A DNA stretch of 53,871 nt from an uncultured Planctomycetaceae bacterium (lineage in GTDB: Bacteria; Planctomycetota; Phycisphaerae; Phycisphaerales; Zrk34), in the NCBI GenBank assembly GCA_964473545.1, contig CAYYPN010000001.1:1-53871 (forward strand), in the 5' to 3' direction. The first letter of the stretch is position 1; every line of letters starts with the position of its first letter. Shown here piece after piece: positions 52,651-53,871 of this stretch. A model generated the notes under the pieces. It saw only the letters and a list, made by a program, of their open reading frames with translations, had not been told where the DNA came from and did no database searches. The position numbers and the translations under genes were made by a program.

Positions 52651-53688
52651 ATGACCGACACCGCCGGCGTCATCCCGGGCGGCCCACTCGAGGTGCTCCT
52701 CCCCACGCTCGCCTGGACCGCCGTCTCGGCCTACGTGCTCTGGGGCGCCAACCTCGCCATCCGCCGGTCGCCGCGCGACAGCGCCGCCGACAAGCACTTC
52801 GTCGCCGTCGCCGCCGTGTCGTGCGTCCTCGGCGCCCTCGTCCTGAGCTGGGCGTTCCGCCTGCTCGCCCACGGCTCGGGCGCCCTCGCCTTCCTGAACT
52901 ATGAGTGGTGGTACGCCCACGCCTGGCTGGGCGTCGTGCTGGCCGGCAGCCTGGCCCTCGCCGCCCGCCTCACGTTCGGCTGGCTCGCCACCCGCCGCGT
53001 CATGCGCGCCGGGCGCCTGCCCGACGCCGACACCTGGCGCCTCTTCCACCAGGCCCGGACCGCGATGGGCCTCCGCCGCCGCGTGCACGTCGTCGTGTCG
53101 CCCCGCTGCGCGTCTCCGTTCTCCACGGGCGTCCTCCGGCCCGGCGTCGTCCTCCACGAGGGTTTCGCGTGGCTGAACCCCATCGAGCAGCGGGCCATCG
53201 CCGTGCACGAGCTCGCCCACATCAGGCGCCGCGATCACCTCACCGAGCTGCTCACCCAGCTCCTCGGCGTCCTCCTGTGGTGGAACCCGGTCTACTGGGG
53301 CGCCGCCCGGTGGATGCGCGCCCTCCGCGAGCAGGCGTGCGACCAGATGGTCCTCCAGCACGTGCCGCAGCGCGAGCGCTACGTCCGCCTGCTCGCCTCG
53401 TTCCTCGGCGTCGCCCCGCGCCTGCCGCTCAACCTCGCCTTCGCGACGATCGGCATCGCCGACGGCGGCCCGATGGACGCCCGCCTCGCGCACATGCCCG
53501 CCCGCGCCCCGCTGCCGCGGCTCTACCGCTTCACCGGCCCCGGCGAGGTGACGCGGCTCCAGCTCGTGCTTATCGTCGCCGCCTTCGCCGGCCTGCTCGC
53601 CGCGTGCGACCTCATCACCTGGGACACCCTCGCCGCCTTCAGCGACGACGCCGCGTGGCCGTCGATCGGGCCGACCGACCGCTGGTGA
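52651..53688 (+). CDS. M56-family (BlaR1-like) membrane metallopeptidase, short form without a recognisable sensor domain
   Basis: N-terminal TM helices and the zinc motif AIAVHELAHIRRRDH (HEXXH), typical of peptidase M56. Confidence 0.7.
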   Translation: MTDTAGVIPGGPLEVLLPTLAWTAVSAYVLWGANLAIRRSPRDSAADKHFVAVAAVSCVLGALVLSWAFRLLAHGSGALAFLNYEWWYAHAWLGVVLAGSLALAARLTFGWLATRRVMRAGRLPDADTWRLFHQARTAMGLRRRVHVVVSPRCASPFSTGVLRPGVVLHEGFAWLNPIEQRAIAVHELAHIRRRDHLTELLTQLLGVLLWWNPVYWGAARWMRALREQACDQMVLQHVPQRERYVRLLASFLGVAPRLPLNLAFATIGIADGGPMDARLAHMPARAPLPRLYRFTGPGEVTRLQLVLIVAAFAGLLAACDLITWDTLAAFSDDAAWPSIGPTDRW

Positions 53689-53749
53689 GCCGACGCTCCA
53701 ACGAGTGTTGAGCCGAGCGCCACGGCCGCGCGGCCGCTATCGTGTCCCC

Positions 53750-53871
53750 ATGCCGGGCGGGTCGATCGTCATTGCCGGGGGGGCCGGGTTCGTTGGCCGC
53801 TCCCTTGCGCGACACCTCCACGACCTCGGCCACTCCGTCACCCTCCTCTCCCGCCGCGCCCCCGCCCAGCC
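53750..53871 (+). CDS. NAD(P)-binding epimerase/SDR-family protein, N-terminal fragment (runs off the window end)
   Basis: MPGGSIVIAGGAGFVGRSLARHLHDLGHSVTLLSRR shows a Rossmann GxxGxxG motif. The reading frame is open to the window edge. Confidence 0.55.
   Translation, partial: MPGGSIVIAGGAGFVGRSLARHLHDLGHSVTLLSRRAPAQ

Noticed and set aside
1-53871. Search for CRISPR arrays, transposases/integrases, IS inverted repeats, prophage genes, toxin-antitoxin pairs or known defence-system genes.
   Set aside because: None of the credible ORFs shows such motifs, and there are no regularly spaced repeat arrays with spacers. The only repeats are the short heptad tracts and hairpins reported above.

Overview
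High-GC (about 65-70%) bacterial chromosome segment. Gene content suggests a PVC/Planctomycetota-like organism (PEP-CTERM protein with autotransporter-type beta-strand repeats, DapL lysine pathway, M56 peptidase, large TPR protein), but that taxonomy is inference only.

Gene layout, left to right:
- 1-2.6 kb: ribosomal/RNA polymerase block rpsM'-rpsK-rpoA-rplQ, with no rpsD between rpsK and rpoA.
- 2.6-10.6 kb: HIT protein, BtuF/FecCD/ATPase-type ABC importer, M24 aminopeptidase, accB-accC.
- 10.8-16.2 kb (minus strand): tightly coupled hisF-pilT-(membrane-anchored, motif-degenerate GspE/PilB-like protein)-(CvpA-domain fusion protein).
- 16.3-25.3 kb: TonB-dependent receptor plus TonB, a frameshifted PEP-CTERM surface protein, an rRNA-methyltransferase-like gene and dapL.
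- 26-52.5 kb: one large plus-strand flagellar region. Order: merR-like, TPR, flgN-like, histidine kinase, sigma54 activator, then flgBC-fliEFGHIJ-(MgtE_N/MotE-like)-fliK-flgD-(flagellar operon protein)-flgE-flbD-motAB-fliL-fliN-fliOPQR-flhBA.
- 52.6-53.9 kb: M56 peptidase and the start of an SDR gene.

No rRNA, tRNA, CRISPR array or mobile element could be supported.

Observations most worth follow-up:
- The orphan PilT + pseudo-ATPase + CvpA-fusion module, which has no pilus or secretion partners in the window.
- An abrupt synonymous-codon switch inside flhA near 50.79 kb, persisting to the window end. This could be a chimeric join or a recombination boundary.
- A recurring family of 7-nt-periodic repeat tracts and hairpins in intergenic spacers.
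- A strong sigma54 promoter before flgB and a sigma28-like promoter before motA.
- The absence of fliM from its usual slot between fliL and fliN.

The many long ORFs antisense to, or out of frame with, the called genes are treated as high-GC artefacts.
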